Positions 22,692 to 33,144 of a stretch of DNA of 64,000 bases are shown piece by piece. The notes below the pieces were generated by a model, which worked only from the letters and a program-made list of their open reading frames with translations, was not told where the DNA came from and ran no database searches. Both the position numbers and the translations under genes were made by a program. Origin of the DNA: an uncultured Methanomicrobiales archaeon (lineage in GTDB: Archaea > Halobacteriota > Methanomicrobia > Methanomicrobiales > Methanospirillaceae); the NCBI GenBank assembly GCA_963758915.1, contig CAVWXH010000002.1, forward strand, positions 64,001 through 128,000, written 5' to 3'. Within the stretch, counting starts at the first letter, position 1; every line of letters starts with the position of its first letter.

Positions 22692-22890
22692 CGATCTGTT
22701 GCCATCCTTGGTGTGTTATTGTAGAAGGAGGAATATGCGGACAGGAAGGGGCTTTCACCCCCTTCCTACCCCACCCCAGTAAGATATCTTTTGGGCAGTG
22801 TTTCTATAATGCTCATCATTCCACAGTAGTTGGAACAGGTCTCTATCCCAATCGGCGTCGCTAACGTGGTGGGTCTGCACGCGGCCACGT
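22692..22890 (+). mobile_element. MITE copy, right end truncated at the dapB stop codon
   Basis: GACAGGAAGGGGCTTTCACCCCC...AAGATAT...CTCTATCCCAATCGGCG matches the family core. Confidence 0.7.
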
Positions 22891-22891
22891 T

Positions 22892-23607
22892 TCAAAATTT
22901 AAATAGATCGTCCATCGAGTAGATGCCCCTGCGGCCATAGAGAAATTCACCTGCCAGCACGGCTCCAAAAGCCAGGCCACGGCGCGATTTTGCGCAGATA
23001 GTTACCGATAGCACGTCGTTTTCCGATTCATAGATGATTTTATGGATACCGGGGACTTCACCTTCCCGAAACGAACTGATGCCTATTTCTTCGACGGAGT
23101 CGGTATAGCGGTTCAACCACAATTTTTTTGTACCGCACTGGCTATTATGTCTTCCGCCAGTGTGATGGCAGTGCCGCTCGGCGAGTCGAGTTTATGCCTG
23201 TGGTGGGTTTCTTCAATGGAAACGTTGTAATCTGGGAACTGGTTCATTATGCGTGCTAGTTCCTTGTTAAGATGAAACATGATGTTCACCCCGATGCTGT
23301 AATTGGACGAATAAAAGAATGAACCACCGTGTGAATTACATAACTCCCTGACTTCACCGAGATGTTTGTTCCAGCCTGTCGAACCGCACACCACTGCGGT
23401 GCCGCATTCGATGCATTTCCTGACATTTGCGTACGCCGTGTCCGGGGATGTGAACTCGAAAGCCACATCGACCTGCCGGAGGTTTCCGGCGTTCAGGTCG
23501 GCCACATTGTCCTTGGTTATCGTAAGCACGGTTTCGTGTCCCCGTTCACCAAGGATTTTCTCGATTTCCCGGCCCATTTTGCCGTATCCAATAATTGCCG
23601 CTTTCAT
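22892..23607 (-). CDS. dapB: 4-hydroxy-tetrahydrodipicolinate reductase, -1 frameshift in an A7 run
   Basis: GYGKMG, EFTSP, GSTGW, SNYSIGVN, ETHHRHKLDSPSGTA, R.GEVPG.H, SRRGLA.GA; join at T-run 23123-23129. Confidence 0.92.
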
Positions 23608-23763
23608 CGTTTTACCCTGTTTTCGGGAAAGATAATGCATTTGGAGGTTAAAAATATGGCGTATCAATGTGTTATTCTTTAAAAATTACGAAGGGTTTTT
23701 TAAAAAAAGGAGGATCAAAAAAAGAAAAGATGGTCCGATGGTAATGGGGTTGCAACCTGCATT

Positions 23764-25506
23764 TCATACTGCCGGCAGTTCTATCACGGTTGATATGACT
23801 TCCCCTTCTGTTTCACAGGAGAAAAAGCCCCCGGAAAGCTCGCACTCTTTTATCATGAAACCGAGCCGTTCCCCTGGAAAATCAATGCCTGGCGAATGGA
23901 ATTCTGCACTGATTGTCACAAAGCCGCGATTGGTCTCTTTCGTATTGCTGACGGTTATCTGTTCACCGCCGATACCTGCCATATCCTCGAGAATACCTGC
24001 AATTAAGTCTTTTAATCGTTCCCTGTCTGCAACTACGCTGAATGGATATTCCCCGGGGATGAATGAGACCGGGTTCTCCTCAAAAACAGGTACATAGACG
24101 AGCCTTTTCACAAGTGCCTGCCGGTACAGGGCTTCATCATCGGCAAGTGTTATAAGGTCCTCGTCACTGCAGGGGGGTGAAACGAGCGTCCGGATGCAAT
24201 GGCCAACGAAGGTGTCCAGTTCAAATTCCTCCCTCTCGATGGCTGGTCTGAACCCCCGAAAAAGGGTCATATAATCTGAAAGAAGTCGTTCTGCACGTTT
24301 TACGAGGTAGGGGTCGATGACAAGGTCAAGCTGGCCCGTCCTGTACACCGCTTCAAGTTTTGCCGTGATCTGTCCGGCCTTCAGGGCGAGGTGGACATCG
24401 CGCTGATTTCCTGCACGGTAGTCCTCGTTGAACCGGTGGAAATCAGCGAGGATTGAATCGATTGCATCCAGGCAGAGCAGGCCCGACAGGTTCTCTGCTT
24501 CACCGGCCTCCTCGAGTTCCTCCAGGATATGGGCTGCACGGTAACACCTTCCCGCCATGATGGTGAAGGTCTCAGCCACACGGTTCATCAGGTCGTTTGC
24601 ATACCGTGCAGTCTGCTTTGCCCACTCGGGATTGATCTCCTGGATCTCGGTCAGGAAATAGGTCTCTTTCTCCATATTGGCAAAGACAGCTTCAGCACTT
24701 GCAGAAGATATCAGGCGCCCGTGTCCCGGGCAGCAGACCCTGATATCTTCGTTATCCAGGATCCACCTGACTTTGTGAAGCGATGCGATGAGATCCTGCT
24801 GGCTCCACCCACGAAGACCGGCAATCCCCGGGCTCGCCGCAAAAAGCAGGTCGCCAATGAAAAGCAGGCCACCGACCCGGATACAGATGCTGTCACTGCT
24901 GTGGCCCGGGAGATGGTAGACCTCCACCCTGTCCTGCGGCCCGGAAACCACGACCTGGCGTTTCAGGAAGAGGGTGTCATCTACCGTTATATCACTCTCC
25001 TGGACACGGACACAGGGAGCAACAAGCGGGCAAATCTCAAAAAAATCAGTCTTATGTTCCCGGGTCGGGGCGAACAGCTGCATTGGTACATGCAGGGGGG
25101 TGAGCCTGATCTGGAACAGGTCTGCCTGGGTACTTGCGGTATCAGCAGTCTCAAGGCTTGCTGCCCCTGTGGCATGGGCGGCAATGATGGGTCGCACCGG
25201 TCCATTAAAGAACGGGTGAGACTGGATTACCACAAAATGGTCGACATGGGTATGGGTGAGGTAAATAAAGACCGGCCGTGGATTTACCGTCCGGATCCTC
25301 TCAATTTCAGTTGCAAGCAGGTCCATCTGCTCCATCAAACCGCCAGGATCGATAAGGATGATCTGAGACGGCGTCGAAATAATATAAGAATTTGATGAGT
25401 TTGTATCTACTTTCCTGATATAGGGAAAGATTTGTGCATGTTCATCACCGGGAAGCGGCTGCCAGCGCTGGTTTTCGAGCAGTTCACTTCCATGCGTCAA
25501 GCGCAT
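23764..25506 (-). CDS. MBL-fold metallo-hydrolase fused to a degenerate histidine-kinase-like (GHKL) C-terminal domain
   Basis: IDPG, THTHVDH (HxHxDH), PGHS, GDLL, PGHG. The C-terminus DRERLKDLIAGILED...LGFMIKECELSGG...IELP parallels a HK ATPase without N/G boxes. Start overlaps the STAS stop. Confidence 0.8.
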   Translation of the reverse strand: MRLTHGSELLENQRWQPLPGDEHAQIFPYIRKVDTNSSNSYIISTPSQIILIDPGGLMEQMDLLATEIERIRTVNPRPVFIYLTHTHVDHFVVIQSHPFFNGPVRPIIAAHATGAASLETADTASTQADLFQIRLTPLHVPMQLFAPTREHKTDFFEICPLVAPCVRVQESDITVDDTLFLKRQVVVSGPQDRVEVYHLPGHSSDSICIRVGGLLFIGDLLFAASPGIAGLRGWSQQDLIASLHKVRWILDNEDIRVCCPGHGRLISSASAEAVFANMEKETYFLTEIQEINPEWAKQTARYANDLMNRVAETFTIMAGRCYRAAHILEELEEAGEAENLSGLLCLDAIDSILADFHRFNEDYRAGNQRDVHLALKAGQITAKLEAVYRTGQLDLVIDPYLVKRAERLLSDYMTLFRGFRPAIEREEFELDTFVGHCIRTLVSPPCSDEDLITLADDEALYRQALVKRLVYVPVFEENPVSFIPGEYPFSVVADRERLKDLIAGILEDMAGIGGEQITVSNTKETNRGFVTISAEFHSPGIDFPGERLGFMIKECELSGGFFSCETEGEVISTVIELPAV

Positions 25507-25819
25507 CCCCTTCAGAGGAAAAGATGGTAAAAATTGTGGTGAACCCTGCAAGTTTCAGGATTTTATTCACCTCCTGGGTAAGGCAGCAGAGTCCGAACTT
25601 ATCGTTTGGGCTCCTTAGTTTCTTTGCCGTGGAAAGGAGCACCCGCAGGCCACCGCTGCTGATATAGGTCACTTCTGAGAAGTTCAGGAGAATTTTGCGT
25701 TTTCCTTCCCCCATCAGGGTATTCAGTTCCTTCTCCAGCTGTGGTGCCGCAGTGGTATCGATCCGGCCGAAGAGTGCAATGATGGCCACACCCTCCCTGT
25801 GGCTCGTGGTGGTATCCAT
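25484..25819 (-). CDS. STAS anti-anti-sigma-type protein (RsbV/SpoIIAA-like)
   Basis: GRID...A..L, LNFSEVTYISSGGLRVLL (phospho-acceptor Ser), ILKLAGF; start may lie up to 30 nt upstream. Confidence 0.9.
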   Translation of the reverse strand: MDTTTSHREGVAIIALFGRIDTTAAPQLEKELNTLMGEGKRKILLNFSEVTYISSGGLRVLLSTAKKLRSPNDKFGLCCLTQEVNKILKLAGFTTIFTIFSSEGDALDAWK

Positions 25820-26089
25820 TGGTCCCATCTCCTTGTAGTGAATATACATTTGATCCGGTTACTTATAAGTACACCATAATGCAACCCGGTCAGAACCTCC
25901 CCGTTTCAGCAACGGGCAGAAAAAAAGGTCAGTCCACCTTGAGCATGCCTCCGGCATTATAATTTTGGTTTGCAAAAACGACCTTTTCATGTAACCGGAT
26001 GTCATACGTGTCCGGCAGGTGGCCGTATAGAACCCGGAGGTGCACTATTAATGCATTTACTGACTACCTTTTGATGGTAATCCTGTATT

Positions 26090-27482
26090 ATGGCGCTCTT
26101 CATGCCTGATGACCTGCTTGTCCTGGTCCAGATGATCTGTGTAATCGTCGTAGTTGCCTACCTCCTGACCCGACAGCGCATCTTCACCGATGTTCTTGAT
26201 GGTCATCCGACCCTGAAAGCCCAGGTACTGCTTACGCTGATATTTGGTGCACTTTCTATATACGGGACAATGTCAGGCATAACGGTGCTCGGTGCCCCGA
26301 TCAATGTCCGCGACCTTGGGCCCATGGTCGCAGGTCTTACCTGTGGTCCTTTTGTCGGGCTCGGAGCCGGCCTTATCGGTGCGGCGTACCGGGTGACACT
26401 TGAAGGGTTTACGGTCTATGCCTGCTCGCTTGCCACGGTGCTCGCAGGAGTGCTCGGTGGCCTGGTCTGGCTTTTACATAATAAAAAATTCCCCGGGACC
26501 CGTATTGCAGTTGAATTTGCCGTCATGATGGAGGGGCTTCATATGCTCCTCGTACTTATTATCGCCACCCCGTTTGCCATGGCACTTGCACTGGTATCTG
26601 CCGTCGCAATCCCGATGATCTTCGCGAACGCGTTAGGGATGTTCATCTTTTCATTTATCATCACAAATCTGCAGGAGGAGCGAAAGACCCGGGTGGAACG
26701 TGATAATTATCTCCGGGATATCGAGCGGAAAAATACAGAACTGGAAATTGCTGCGGATATCCAGAAGAGTTTCCTGCCCACGGAAATTGAGCAGCTCATC
26801 GGTTTTGATATTGCGGCGACGAGCATCCCTGCAAAAGAGGTGGGTGGAGATTTCTTTGATGTAATCCCGTTTGCCGTGGTCCCTGCAAAAGACCACAAGG
26901 CGGGTATTATGATTGCCGATGTCTCGGGAAAAGGGATCCCCGCTGCCCTGTTTATGGCGTTATCGCTGGTCGTCATGCGGGTCAGTTCACTCTGGCATAC
27001 CCACCCGGCAGATGTGCTCAGGGATGCGAACGGTATCATCTCCATGGACACAAAAGAGACGGGCATGTTTGTCACCGTTTTCTACGCAGTGATCGACGAG
27101 GAACTACGGCAGGTTACGCTACGCGAATGCGGGCCATAATCCACCGATGGTCTACCGGGCCGGTACAGGGATGATCGAGGAGCTCGGGGTGACAGGGGTT
27201 GCGCTGGGTATTATGGACACGGCAACCTACACTGAACAGGTATGTGTGCTATCCCCTGGGGACATTGTGCTCCTTTATACCGACGGTATAACAGAGGCAG
27301 AAAACGAGGCTGAGGAGATGTTTGGAGAAGAAAGACTGCGTGAAGCGTTATTGCAGTACCACACCCTCCGTGCCCGCGGGATAGTGGACTCGGTACTGCA
27401 TGATGCACGGGCATTTGCAGCGGGATACCCCCAGTCTGATGACATGACGCTGATGGTGCTGAAGGCAGTAAAAGACAAATAA
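26090..27482 (+). CDS. LytS/YhcK 5TM sensor fused to PP2C (SpoIIE/RsbU-type) phosphatase, one +1 frameshift
   Basis: NVRDLGPMVAGL..GP.VG, IQKSFLP, VGGDFFD, IADVSGKG, YANAGHNPP (after join at ~27117-27119), YTDGITE, QSDDMT. Confidence 0.9.
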
Positions 27483-27516
27483 GAAATCTGATAAGGGTCT
27501 GAACCATGGTTTTGTT

Positions 27517-27933
27517 ATGAAAGGCCGGACTGACCAGACGATCCCGGCTGATATGTCCGGTCTTAAGGAAATTCTTGACGGGATAGCGATACTGCTTGAG
27601 GAGCAGGGATTTCCTTTAGAATTGATCAGCGATGTACAGCTGGCGACAGATGAGGCGGTGGTGAACGCTATCATCCATGGTTATGCTGGAAAAGAGGGTG
27701 AAGTGCGTGTTATTGCAGAGGCTGACGACCGGGAGGTAGTCGTCATTGTTGAGGACCGGGCCCCGGCCTTTGACCCGGTTACCTTCGTATCGCGGGATGT
27801 GTCATTAGACGGGGATGACCGGCCGATCGGCGGCCTCGGCCTTATACTGATCAGGAACGTCATGGACGAGGTCGGGTACCGCCGCCAGGACGGAAAAAAT
27901 ATCTTGACGATGGCAAAGCGCCGGGGTCAATAA
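27517..27933 (+). CDS. RsbW/SpoIIAB-like serine kinase (HATPase_c_2)
   Basis: LATDEAVVNAIIHGY, EDRAPAFDP, GGLGLILIRNVMD, G.N.L.M.K. Confidence 0.9.
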   Translation: MKGRTDQTIPADMSGLKEILDGIAILLEEQGFPLELISDVQLATDEAVVNAIIHGYAGKEGEVRVIAEADDREVVVIVEDRAPAFDPVTFVSRDVSLDGDDRPIGGLGLILIRNVMDEVGYRRQDGKNILTMAKRRGQ

Positions 27934-28458
27934 CGCCACCACGAATAAGGGATGTTTTCTTCTTCGCTCTGTCGGCAGCCGCCTGCACAACAGGAAGATG
28001 GGATGCGAATGACAGAGCAACACCGGCGCCAGGGATGTCCGGATCATTACGCTTAACAGGGGGATGGATATCATTTCTGTTCTCCATATCGACTAATCCT
28101 GCCATGAGAAGAATCATCGAATCTATTGATTATTCAACCGTCTGCATAGGTGTGGCGTTCCTGGTATTCGTGGGCCCTGGCCTGATCTCCTGACCATTCA
28201 GGCGGCTTTTTTTAGACTGTCACGTTTCCGTAAGGTCATTTTCTGGAATATTCACATTGCAGGAGGACCATGAATCCGGGGTCCCGGAGACCGTTATTGC
28301 AACACCTGGTAGCATGTAGTTTTGCTTTTACCGGCCATTCTCTTTCTCTTATCTCTCCTCGTTAGTAACCCCCTGTTCAACGCACAACTCCTCCGGGCAG
28401 GTATATATACCATGTGTGGTGATTACAGACTTGTCAGATAACAACAGAGTGATGTAAT

Positions 28459-30417
28459 ATGGCAGAGGAACCCAAACCGACGCTGGTCCGGGAGAAGCTT
28501 GATGTCTGTGAGCTCGACAGAGCGCGAATGTCGCTTCTGAACCCGGTATTAATCGAGCAGAAGAAAAATGAGCGGACGATAGATGAGAATGCCAAACCTG
28601 TCCTTGAACTGATGATGCGGGAGGGAATGGAGACCGTCTGGGACCGGTTCGAGATGCAGCAGCCTCCCTGTAAATACTGTGAGGCAGGTACTTCCTGTTC
28701 ACGGTGTACCATGGGGCCCTGCCGGATCATCCCTCCCCACCGTATCCGTGGGGTTTGCGGTGCCGATGCAGACCTGATTGTGTCCCGGAACCTGCTGGAC
28801 ATGATCGCGACCGGTGCGGCAGCCCACTCGGACCATGGCCGTGATATTGCCGAGACATTGTATCTCTTCGGCACCGGAAAGGCGCCGGATTATGTAATCA
28901 CCGATAAGGAAAAACTCCGGACCATTTGCAAAGAATATGCGATCAATACGGAAGGGAAGAAACCGGAGCAGCTTGCCGCAGAACTGGGCGGGGCCATGCT
29001 TGATGAGTATGGCATGAGGAAAAACACGCTCCAGTTCCTCAACCGGGCACCGAAAGCCACCCGGGAGATATGGAGCAACATGGGTATTACCCCGCGGGGG
29101 ATTGACCGCGAAGTGGTGGACTCAATGCACCGCGTCCAGATGGGTGTCGGTGCGGATTATGTCAATATACTGCTCCAGGGTCTGCGCACCTCGCTCTCGG
29201 ATGGCTGGGGTGGATCGATGATCGGCACCGAAGTGTCGGATATCCTGTTTGGTACTCCCACGATTAACAGCTCGAAGATGAACCTGGCAGTCTTAAAAGA
29301 GGACCACGTGAACATCTCGGTGCACGGCCACAACCCGGTCCTCTCCGAAGTCATTGTAAGAGCAATCGATGACCCTGAGATGAAAGCACTCGCGCTGAAA
29401 CAGGGTGCGAAGGGGATCAACCTTGTCGGCATGTGCTGTACAGGTAATGAGCTGCTCATGAGGAAGGGCATCCCGATGACCGGAAACCATCTCAACCAGG
29501 AACTGATCATCGCAACCGGTGCCCTTGAAGCGATGGTCGTGGACTACCAGTGCATCTTCCCCTCCCTCCCCCGGACTGCCAGCTGTTACCATACCCTGAT
29601 CATCTCCACGAGTTCGAAAGCCACGATCCCGGGCTCGTACTTCTTTGACTTCCATGCGGAAGATGCCTATCTTACCGCAAAGGCGATCGTGCGGATGGCA
29701 GTGGAGAACTACAGGAACAGGAACCCTCAGCGTGTCCTGATCCCGGGAGAGCCAGTGCCGGTCATGGCGGGTTTCTCCAACGAGGCGATTAAGAACGCGC
29801 TCGGTGGCACGTTCAAACCACTTATCGACCTGATCGCTGCCGGGAAGATCCGGGGGGCTGTCGGGATTGTCGGGTGTAACAACCCGCGTGTGAAGCATGA
29901 CTTCGGTCATGTGACACTGGCAAAGGAACTGATAAAGAGAAATATTCTCTGTGTCGAGACTGGTTGTGCAGCAATTGCATCAGGAAAAGCGGGGCTGCTC
30001 CGGCCCGAGGCCGCATCGCTGGCAGGCAATGACCTCCGGGCAGTCTGTGAGTCCCTGAAGATCCCACCGGTGCTCCACATGGGTTCCTGTGTCGACAACT
30101 CCCGCATCCTCGTGCTTGCAGCGGAACTCGGCAATGCGCTCAACGTGCCGATCCACAAACTTCCCATCGCCGGTGCCGCTCCCGAATGGTACTCCCAGAA
30201 GGCGGTCTCAATCGGGGCATACTTCGTTGCGTCCGGTGTCTACACGGTGCTTGGTGTTATGCCGCATATAACGGGGAGTCCTGCTACCGTTTCGCTCCTT
30301 ACCGAGGGCCTGAAAGGGGTTGTGAATGCCAGTTTCTCGGTTGAACCCGACCCGGTAAAGGCATCAGTCCTGATATCAGACCACATCGAGAGGAAACGGA
30401 CAGAGCTCGGGATCTGA
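28459..30417 (+). CDS. cooS: Anaerobic Ni,Fe carbon monoxide dehydrogenase catalytic subunit
   Basis: CKYC...CSRCTMGPC...CG (D/B clusters), AAHSDHG, C-cluster ligands HGHNP, GMCCTG, DYQC, GCNN, GC, GSCVDN. Confidence 0.95.
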   Translation: MAEEPKPTLVREKLDVCELDRARMSLLNPVLIEQKKNERTIDENAKPVLELMMREGMETVWDRFEMQQPPCKYCEAGTSCSRCTMGPCRIIPPHRIRGVCGADADLIVSRNLLDMIATGAAAHSDHGRDIAETLYLFGTGKAPDYVITDKEKLRTICKEYAINTEGKKPEQLAAELGGAMLDEYGMRKNTLQFLNRAPKATREIWSNMGITPRGIDREVVDSMHRVQMGVGADYVNILLQGLRTSLSDGWGGSMIGTEVSDILFGTPTINSSKMNLAVLKEDHVNISVHGHNPVLSEVIVRAIDDPEMKALALKQGAKGINLVGMCCTGNELLMRKGIPMTGNHLNQELIIATGALEAMVVDYQCIFPSLPRTASCYHTLIISTSSKATIPGSYFFDFHAEDAYLTAKAIVRMAVENYRNRNPQRVLIPGEPVPVMAGFSNEAIKNALGGTFKPLIDLIAAGKIRGAVGIVGCNNPRVKHDFGHVTLAKELIKRNILCVETGCAAIASGKAGLLRPEAASLAGNDLRAVCESLKIPPVLHMGSCVDNSRILVLAAELGNALNVPIHKLPIAGAAPEWYSQKAVSIGAYFVASGVYTVLGVMPHITGSPATVSLLTEGLKGVVNASFSVEPDPVKASVLISDHIERKRTELGI

Positions 30418-30475
30418 CGTCGCTTCCGCTCATACGGTTACAAGGGATATAATCCCGCTATTTTTTCCTTTTTCA

Positions 30476-30736
30476 GGCTTTGTTGAAACCCTTAGGTGAT
30501 ATAAAAAAAATAAGAGGGAAATACGAAGACAGGGAGGGGGTTTCACCCCCCCTGCCCTACCCCCATTAAGATATTCTTCGGGCAGGGTTTCGGCGAAGGC
30601 TCATTAAATTCAGAGTATTGGGGGAGATCTCTATCCCAACCGGGGCGCCACAGCGGCGGGGTGGAGCCCCGAGAGCGTAGATAAATTTCAGAATAATCAG
30701 GATTCCGGGTGCCTAATATACCTTTTCAACAGAGCG
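30476..30736 (+). mobile_element. MITE, full-length copy with 8-bp target duplication
   Basis: Ends GGCTTTGTTGAAA and TTTCAACAGAGCG; CTTTTTCA at 30468-30475 and 30737-30744. Confidence 0.88.
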
Positions 30737-30865
30737 CTTTTTCAGGGTAATCATACGAAAGGTCATAACAGGCCCCGGTCACACAGGTTGTTCCCGGACA
30801 GAAGTTGAATGCCTGTCATTAAAAGCCAAAAAAAAGCAAAAAAAAATATCCTGTAATTTTTAATT

Positions 30866-31204
30866 TCAGAGCAGTTTTGTCTCTTTGTCAGGTCTTGGGA
30901 CTTTGACGACAAGGACCCTGAATACGTGCCTGCTCTCATTTATCCAGCGGTGAGGAATCCCTGCCGGGCTCTCGACAAGCATATCTTTTTGTATGGTATT
31001 CCGTTCATCGCCGATCTCAATATCTGCCCTGCCTTCCAGGACGTAAAAGAACACATCAACCGGGGTGATGTGTTTCCTGAGTGATTCACCCGGGTGGAGT
31101 GTAATTACTACGGCAACAGCATTGGGTGAATCGTATATTTTCCTGACATCGACATTATGCGGGTTTGGTCCCGAAACTACCTGGCTTATATCAGTTATCT
31201 GCAT
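30866..31204 (-). CDS. Cupin-domain protein
   Basis: L.PGE.L..H..P....FYVLEG and P.G.PH.W.N motifs. Confidence 0.85.
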   Translation of the reverse strand: MQITDISQVVSGPNPHNVDVRKIYDSPNAVAVVITLHPGESLRKHITPVDVFFYVLEGRADIEIGDERNTIQKDMLVESPAGIPHRWINESRHVFRVLVVKVPRPDKETKLL

Positions 31205-31289
31205 ATTTCCTCTACCTGCCTGATTATTGAGGCAACCCTATATCAGGAATAACAATTGAAATAGTTATCCTATCCCCTTTCATCACCCA

Positions 31290-32870
31290 TCAAAATTCGG
31301 TTTCGGCAAGCACTTCGGCCGTTGGCCCCATGCTGACAATCCTCCCTCCCCTGACCAGGGCGACCCGGTCACACACATCCCTGACAAAGTCCATGTCATG
31401 CGAGACAAGGATGAATGTCTCGTCCATCTCGTCCCGGGCATGAAGGATGGAATGTTTTACGTCCATTTTTGTGATCGGGTCCATCGTCCCGGTGGGCTCA
31501 TCCAGGATCACGATTCGGGGCTCACGGATCAGGACCTGTGCAAGGGCGACCCGGTGACGCTCCCCGTCTGACAGTTCACCCGGAAAATGAGAGAGGACTT
31601 CCTTTGCTTTCGTGTCAGAGAAACCTGCCATGGCGAGGGTGATAAGGGCTTTCCGGATGGCAAGTTCCCGCGGGAATTCGAGGCCGATTGAATCGGTAAG
31701 GTTGTCGAGGACAGTGCGGTGCGGGAACAGGTCGTATTCCTGGTGAAGGAGACCGATGTACTCCTTTGCCCGTCCCCGCTGGTCAATTCCCGGGGTTGTC
31801 ATGTCGACCCAGTCATCCCCGATAAGAATATTCATCTCACCACTCGTGGGTTCTATAATGCCTGCAATAATCTGGGAAAGGGTCGTTTTTCCAGCGCCGC
31901 TTTTTCCTATGATGCCAAAAATCTCCTTCTTTGCGACGTCAAAGGAGACCATGTTTACCGCTTTGACGACACCGCGGTCAACCGAGATGTACCGCTTGGT
32001 CACATCACGTGCAGAAAGGATTATTTCGCCGATTTCCGGGATTTCCACCTGTTCCGAGTCGTCGTAATCTTTTGTGAAGGACCGGATTACCGATGAAGGT
32101 GAACCAATTTCTGCAATCTTGCCATCCACGAGGAGCAGGGCACGGCTTGCCATATCCTCGATTACGTGGGGAAAATGCGACGTGACCACCATGCCCATAT
32201 TATTCGTTTTTGCTGCCTCGATAAGCATTGCATGGACTATTCTCGCTGTTTCGGGGTCAAGGGTGCCGGTCGGCTCGTCGGCAAACAACATCGCAGGGTC
32301 TTTCGCGAGCTGCCGTGCAAGGACCACCCGCTGTTTCTCACCGCCGGAAAGGTCGCGTGCAATATGCATCATCCGGTGAGAGAGCCGCACCTGGTCTATC
32401 AGGTCGGCAGCCCTGTTAATTGCCTTCTCCTGCGGGTAATTGATATCGTCAAGTGCATGGAGGACGTTCTCGATCACGCGGTCATCCCCGTAAAGGGCGA
32501 AGGTGCGCTGGAACATGATTGCCGTCCGGTGCATCACCCGGGACTTCAGTCCGTCAATTCTTTCATCCCAGAGATCCACGTTCATTGCTGCCAGTTCCCC
32601 GGAGCACAGGGGACAGCACGTCCCCGCACTGCTCTGCACATCGGTGTATTCACAGGTCGGGCAGGCCGCAATATGGTAGACGACCGAACCCCGTGTCGGA
32701 GGTTGTTCGACTCCCCTGAGGAGATGCATCAGTACGCTCTTTCCCGCACCGCTCCTCCCGATGATCCCGATGATCTCTCCTTCCGGGATCTCGAATGAAA
32801 CGTTATCCAGGACCCGTTTACCTTCAAAGTCCATGCAAAGGTCTTTTACTGTAATCATTGGCAATGTCAT
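31290..32870 (-). CDS. atwA: Methyl-coenzyme M reductase system component A2
   Basis: Two ABC ATPase cassettes (GRSGAGKS, GKSGAGKT), Zn motif CPTC..CPLC, AIMFQRTFALYG, HRMMHIARDLSGGEKQR. Confidence 0.93.
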   Translation of the reverse strand: MTLPMITVKDLCMDFEGKRVLDNVSFEIPEGEIIGIIGRSGAGKSVLMHLLRGVEQPPTRGSVVYHIAACPTCEYTDVQSSAGTCCPLCSGELAAMNVDLWDERIDGLKSRVMHRTAIMFQRTFALYGDDRVIENVLHALDDINYPQEKAINRAADLIDQVRLSHRMMHIARDLSGGEKQRVVLARQLAKDPAMLFADEPTGTLDPETARIVHAMLIEAAKTNNMGMVVTSHFPHVIEDMASRALLLVDGKIAEIGSPSSVIRSFTKDYDDSEQVEIPEIGEIILSARDVTKRYISVDRGVVKAVNMVSFDVAKKEIFGIIGKSGAGKTTLSQIIAGIIEPTSGEMNILIGDDWVDMTTPGIDQRGRAKEYIGLLHQEYDLFPHRTVLDNLTDSIGLEFPRELAIRKALITLAMAGFSDTKAKEVLSHFPGELSDGERHRVALAQVLIREPRIVILDEPTGTMDPITKMDVKHSILHARDEMDETFILVSHDMDFVRDVCDRVALVRGGRIVSMGPTAEVLAETEF

Positions 32871-33029
32871 CTTTTTACCCCGGGCTGCGGTTTATTCATT
32901 TGTCCTATCCTCTTCCTGTAACTGGCCGTCTTGTATTCTGCATCCGCTACAGGTATTTTTGGCTGAAACAGGGACCAGGCCCACGTCCTTTATACTCCCT
33001 CTCTTCAAGGGGTGGTTCCATCAAATCCG

Positions 33030-33090
33030 GCATATGAGTTACTGTTCGGAATGATTGTAATAGTAACTCATATGCGCATAAATACTTAAA
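33030..33090 (-). promoter_or_regulatory. atwA promoter: TATA box plus operator and 14-bp inverted repeat
   Basis: Minus strand TTTAAGTA directly followed by TTATGCGCATATGAGT (33066-33081); GCATATGAGTTACT (33030-33043) and AGTAACTCATATGC (33062-33075) form a perfect inverted repeat. Confidence 0.7.
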
Positions 33091-33144
33091 ATTAGTGAAA
33101 GGTACCGGGGACTGCCCCGGGATACGTGGGCCTGGACCCGGCAA

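Noticed and set aside
21541-23607. Programmed ribosomal frameshifting in dinB or dapB
   Set aside because: Similar single-base breaks hit many unrelated genes, and sequencing error is the simpler explanation.
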